A stretch of DNA of 64,000 nt from an uncultured Actinomycetes bacterium (GTDB lineage Bacteria > Actinomycetota > UBA4738 > HRBIN12). Made by a program: the position numbers and the translations under genes. The notes under the pieces are model-generated. The model was not told the origin of the DNA. It ran no database searches and saw only the letters and a list, made by a program, of their open reading frames with translations. Positions 60,690 to 64,000 of the stretch are shown piece after piece. Within the stretch, counting starts at the first letter, position 1. Each line of letters opens with the position of its first letter. Location: positions 281 through 64,280 of the forward strand of contig CAZXFA010000014.1 of NCBI GenBank assembly GCA_964640085.1, given 5' to 3'.

Positions 60690-62753
60690 ATGGCGGGCGA
60701 CAACGAGCGTCGTGGCAGGTGGCAGGGGTTCGACCTGGGCGGGGGCGGGGGTCCCGGCCAGCCCCGCCGCATGCGCACGTCGCCCTGGATCTGGATCCTG
60801 GGCTTCCTCGTCATCCTGGTGCTGTTCAACTACCTGGCGGCCCCTCGCCCCAACGCGATCGACTACTCCGAGTTCCTCCAGCGGGTGGAGGACGACCAGA
60901 TCGTGGGCACGCTCCAGATCGCGGAGACCTCGGTGAGCGGTCAGTTCCGCCAGGGGTCGGAGACCGTGAGCTTCACCACCACGATCCCGCCGATCCTTCA
61001 GGGGACGCCACAGCTCACCGAGCTCTTGAACGACAAGGGCATCGACTATACGGGCGTCACGCCCAGCGGGTTCCAGAGCTTCCTCGTGGGGTGGGTGGTG
61101 CCGCTCCTGCTGTTCGGAGCCCTGTGGTTCTTCCTCATCCGCCGGATGAGCGGGGCACAGACGGGAGCGGCGCTCAACCTCGGGCGCAACCGGGTCCGGA
61201 TCTACGACCGGAAGGAGATGAAGACCTCCTTCGCGGATGTGGCCGGCGTCGACGAGGCGAAGGAGGAGCTCCGCGAGATCGTGGACTTCCTCAAGAACCC
61301 GAAGAAGTACCAGCGCCTGGGCGGCCGCATCCCCAAGGGCGTCCTGCTCCTCGGCCCCCCGGGGTGCGGCAAGACGCTGCTCGCGCGGGCGGTGGCTGGC
61401 GAGGCCGACGTGCCCTTCTTCTTCATGTCGGGCTCCGAGTTCGTCGAGATGTTCGTCGGTTTGGGAGCGGCCAGGGTCCGCGAGCTCTTCCAGCAGGCCA
61501 AGGAGAAAGCCCCCGCCCTGGTGTTCCTGGACGAGATCGACACCATCGGCAAGGGCCGTGGAGGCGCCCTCGGCGCCGGGTTCGGCGCGCACGATGAGCG
61601 CGAGCAGACCCTGAACCAGCTCCTGGTCGAGATGGACGGGTTCGACTCGTCCAAGGGCGTGATCATCATCGCGGCCACCAACCGCCCCGACGTGCTCGAC
61701 CCGGCCCTGGTGCGACCGGGACGGTTCGACCGTCAGGTGGTGGTCGACCGCCCCGACCTCAAGGGGCGAGAGGAGATCCTCAAGGTCCACACCCGGGGGG
61801 TCGCCATGGGTCCCGAGGTCGACATGCGGATCGTGTCCGCCCGGACCCCCGGGTTCACTGGGGCCGACCTCGCGAACGTCGTCAACGAGGCTGCGCTCCT
61901 GGCCGCCCGGCGGGAGAAGGACTCGGTGACCATGCTCGAGCTCGAGGAGGCGATCGACCGGACGGTCGCCGGCCTGGAGCGCAAGAGCCGTGTGATGTCC
62001 GACAAGGAGAAGGAACGGGTCGCGGTCCACGAGATGGGCCACGCGATCGTCGCGCTCACGGCGCCCACCGCCGACCCGGTCCACCGGGTCACGATCATCC
62101 CCCGAGGCGCCGCCGCGCTGGGGATGACGATGCAGCGACCACTGGAGGACCGCTACCTGCTCACGGAGCCGGAGCTGCACGATCGGCTCGCCGTCCTGCT
62201 CGGTGGACGCACGTCAGAGGAGATCGTCTTCGACCGAGTGGTGTCGACGGGAGCGCAGAACGATCTCGAGCGCGCCACCGAGATCGCGCGGGCGATGGTG
62301 ACCGAGTACGGCATGAGCCCGAAGGTGGGACCCCTCTCCTTCGGCGGGAACGGCTTCCGCGGCCCGGAGGGACGGTTGCTGTACCCGGGCGCCACGCCGG
62401 AGATGTCCGACGAGCTCGCCTCGTTGGTGGACGAGGAGGTGGCTCGGTTGGTGAACGGGGCACACGACCGTGCCGACGAGGTCCTGACCGAGCACCGGCG
62501 GTTCCTGGAGCAGATGGCGCAGATCCTGATCGTGGACGAGGTGATCGACGGCCCCGACCTCAAGGCCTACTTCGAGGGCAAGAAGGAGATCCCCACCGCC
62601 GAGCAACTCCGCGCCCGGGTCGTGGGGGACTCCAGTTCGGAGACACGCGAGGAGGCATGGGAGGCGCCGGACCTCCCGCCCGGCCCCGGCGTCATCGTCC
62701 AGCCACCCGGACCCGGATCCGCGGGCCCGTCCCGGCCGCCGCGACAGCCGTAG
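60690..62753 (+). CDS. ftsH: ATP-dependent zinc metalloprotease FtsH
   Basis: Two TM segments, [36 protein letters not shown]. Confidence 0.95.
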   Translation: MAGDNERRGRWQGFDLGGGGGPGQPRRMRTSPWIWILGFLVILVLFNYLAAPRPNAIDYSEFLQRVEDDQIVGTLQIAETSVSGQFRQGSETVSFTTTIPPILQGTPQLTELLNDKGIDYTGVTPSGFQSFLVGWVVPLLLFGALWFFLIRRMSGAQTGAALNLGRNRVRIYDRKEMKTSFADVAGVDEAKEELREIVDFLKNPKKYQRLGGRIPKGVLLLGPPGCGKTLLARAVAGEADVPFFFMSGSEFVEMFVGLGAARVRELFQQAKEKAPALVFLDEIDTIGKGRGGALGAGFGAHDEREQTLNQLLVEMDGFDSSKGVIIIAATNRPDVLDPALVRPGRFDRQVVVDRPDLKGREEILKVHTRGVAMGPEVDMRIVSARTPGFTGADLANVVNEAALLAARREKDSVTMLELEEAIDRTVAGLERKSRVMSDKEKERVAVHEMGHAIVALTAPTADPVHRVTIIPRGAAALGMTMQRPLEDRYLLTEPELHDRLAVLLGGRTSEEIVFDRVVSTGAQNDLERATEIARAMVTEYGMSPKVGPLSFGGNGFRGPEGRLLYPGATPEMSDELASLVDEEVARLVNGAHDRADEVLTEHRRFLEQMAQILIVDEVIDGPDLKAYFEGKKEIPTAEQLRARVVGDSSSETREEAWEAPDLPPGPGVIVQPPGPGSAGPSRPPRQP

Positions 62754-62762
62754 CTCGGCGGA

Positions 62763-63662
62763 TCAGGCTGGCGGCTCGACGAGCAGGTCGAAGCGTCCCC
62801 GGAAGCGCTCGAGGAACCGGTAGTAGTTCCGCTTGGACAGGCGGTCGCGCTCCTCCGGGAGCGTTCCGTGGTACATCCGATGCTCGTGCCGGCGGACCGG
62901 CACGCCCACGACGACGGCGCGGTACCCGGCATCCTTGATCCGGAACGAGCACTCGATGTCCGCCGTCCGGTACCAGCGGAACTTCTCGTCGAACAACCCG
63001 ACGTCGCGGATCACCTCGCGACGGAAGGCCATCAGGTACCCCTCGACGGCGTCCACCTCCGGACCGCGGCTCTCGTGGAACTCGCGCAGATCGGCTGTCG
63101 AGATGCCGAAGGGGCCGCACACGCCGATGGAGGGGTCGCTCAGGGCCTCATCCAGTGGACCGAGGACGTCACCCGTCGGCTCGACCGAGCCGTCCATCGC
63201 CACGACGATCCGCCCCCGCGAACGCTTGAGGCCCGCGTTGCGGGCCGCGCCCCACCCTGCGTCGGGTTCGAGCGGGAGCACGTCCACGCCCTCGCCGAAG
63301 ACGGCCGGATCGGTCTCGGTGAGGTCGGCGACCACGTACTGGACATCGCGGGATCCATGGTGCGCGCGGAACCCCGCGAGGGCGCGAAGGACGTCCTCGG
63401 GCCATCCCTCCACCACCCAGTGCACGCTCGCGTCGAAGGTCGCTGGCTCCGCGAGCTCGCTCTCCACGTCCCGAGCTCGGACGCGAGCCGGGCCGGTGGC
63501 CTCGAGCGGCTCGAGCTCGAACCCCTCCACGGAGTCCACCACGCGGAACCCCCGCTCGGCGATCGCATCCCGAAGGGCGTCGGCGCGTCCGAAGTCCTTG
63601 GCGGCCCGGGCGCGTCGGCGTTCTTCGCCGAGCTCTCGCACGTCGTCGGGAACGTCCGTCAT
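62763..63662 (-). CDS. Family 2 glycosyltransferase-like protein with an N-terminal CysRS C-terminal-like helical domain
   Basis: N-terminal ERRRARAAKDFGRADALRDAIAERGFRVVDS; GT2-like GWGAARNAGL, GYLMAFRR..VGLFDEKF, DIECSFR. Confidence 0.75.
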   Translation of the reverse strand: MTDVPDDVRELGEERRRARAAKDFGRADALRDAIAERGFRVVDSVEGFELEPLEATGPARVRARDVESELAEPATFDASVHWVVEGWPEDVLRALAGFRAHHGSRDVQYVVADLTETDPAVFGEGVDVLPLEPDAGWGAARNAGLKRSRGRIVVAMDGSVEPTGDVLGPLDEALSDPSIGVCGPFGISTADLREFHESRGPEVDAVEGYLMAFRREVIRDVGLFDEKFRWYRTADIECSFRIKDAGYRAVVVGVPVRRHEHRMYHGTLPEERDRLSKRNYYRFLERFRGRFDLLVEPPA

Positions 63663-64000
63663 CGGTTCCTCCGAAGGAAGTCCAGGACCACCTCGTCCGC
63701 GCGGTCCGCCTGCTCCGAGTGGTACACGTGTCCCGCGCCCTCAAGCAGCACGAGCTCGGCCCCCGGGATGCGCTCGGCCATCAGACGGGCGTTCCCGGCG
63801 TCGATCATCTGGTCCTCCGAACCGTGGAGCACCAGCGTCGGCACCCCGACCTCGGGGAGGCGGTCGTACGCGTCCCAAGCGCGCATCGCCTCCCACTGAC
63901 GACGCTGGCCCTCCGGGTGTTGCGGCTGCGCCTGCCCGACCCGCAGGTCCTCCTCGACGTGCTCCGGATGGGCCTCGGCGAACGACGGCGCGTACAGCTG
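63659..64000 (-). CDS. Alpha/beta fold hydrolase (3' part, start outside the window)
   Basis: VPTLVLHGSEDQMI, IPGAELVLLEGAGH. Confidence 0.85.
   Translation of the reverse strand, partial: QLYAPSFAEAHPEHVEEDLRVGQAQPQHPEGQRRQWEAMRAWDAYDRLPEVGVPTLVLHGSEDQMIDAGNARLMAERIPGAELVLLEGAGHVYHSEQADRADEVVLDFLRRNR

Overview
High-GC (roughly 70% by eye) bacterial chromosomal window. Gene content points to a deep-branching member of the Actinomycetota: Bpa proteasome activator, SigH/SigR plus a ZAS anti-sigma factor, UdgB, and argS-lysA-hom-thrC-thrB beside tRNA-Arg(CCG). The taxonomy is an inference. The first 35 kb is a largely minus-strand housekeeping superoperon: argS-lysA-hom-thrC-thrB ... fsa-rho-rpmE-DUF1385-prfA-prmC-tsaC-ptp-rpiB-glyA-wecA-[polyamine ABC]-atpZIBEFHAGD. 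The most striking feature sits at the head of the fsa-rho-rpmE run. It is a translationally coupled pair of 2-phosphoglycerate kinase and cyclic 2,3-diphosphoglycerate (cDPG) synthetase, the pathway for an extremolyte known mainly from thermophilic methanogenic archaea. A CpdA-like metallophosphoesterase directly upstream is a plausible cDPG hydrolase. Other oddities are a LysA-GNAT acetyltransferase fusion, a GT2 glycosyltransferase with a CysRS C-terminal-like (possibly tRNA-binding) domain, a deleted and frameshifted response-regulator remnant beside tRNA-Arg, a near-perfect Rex operator ahead of the atp operon, and widespread leaderless promoters. I saw no integrase, transposase, prophage or CRISPR array. 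All product calls come from recognising motifs by eye, not from database searches. Many start codons were trimmed from the supplied ORF track to the first plausible start.
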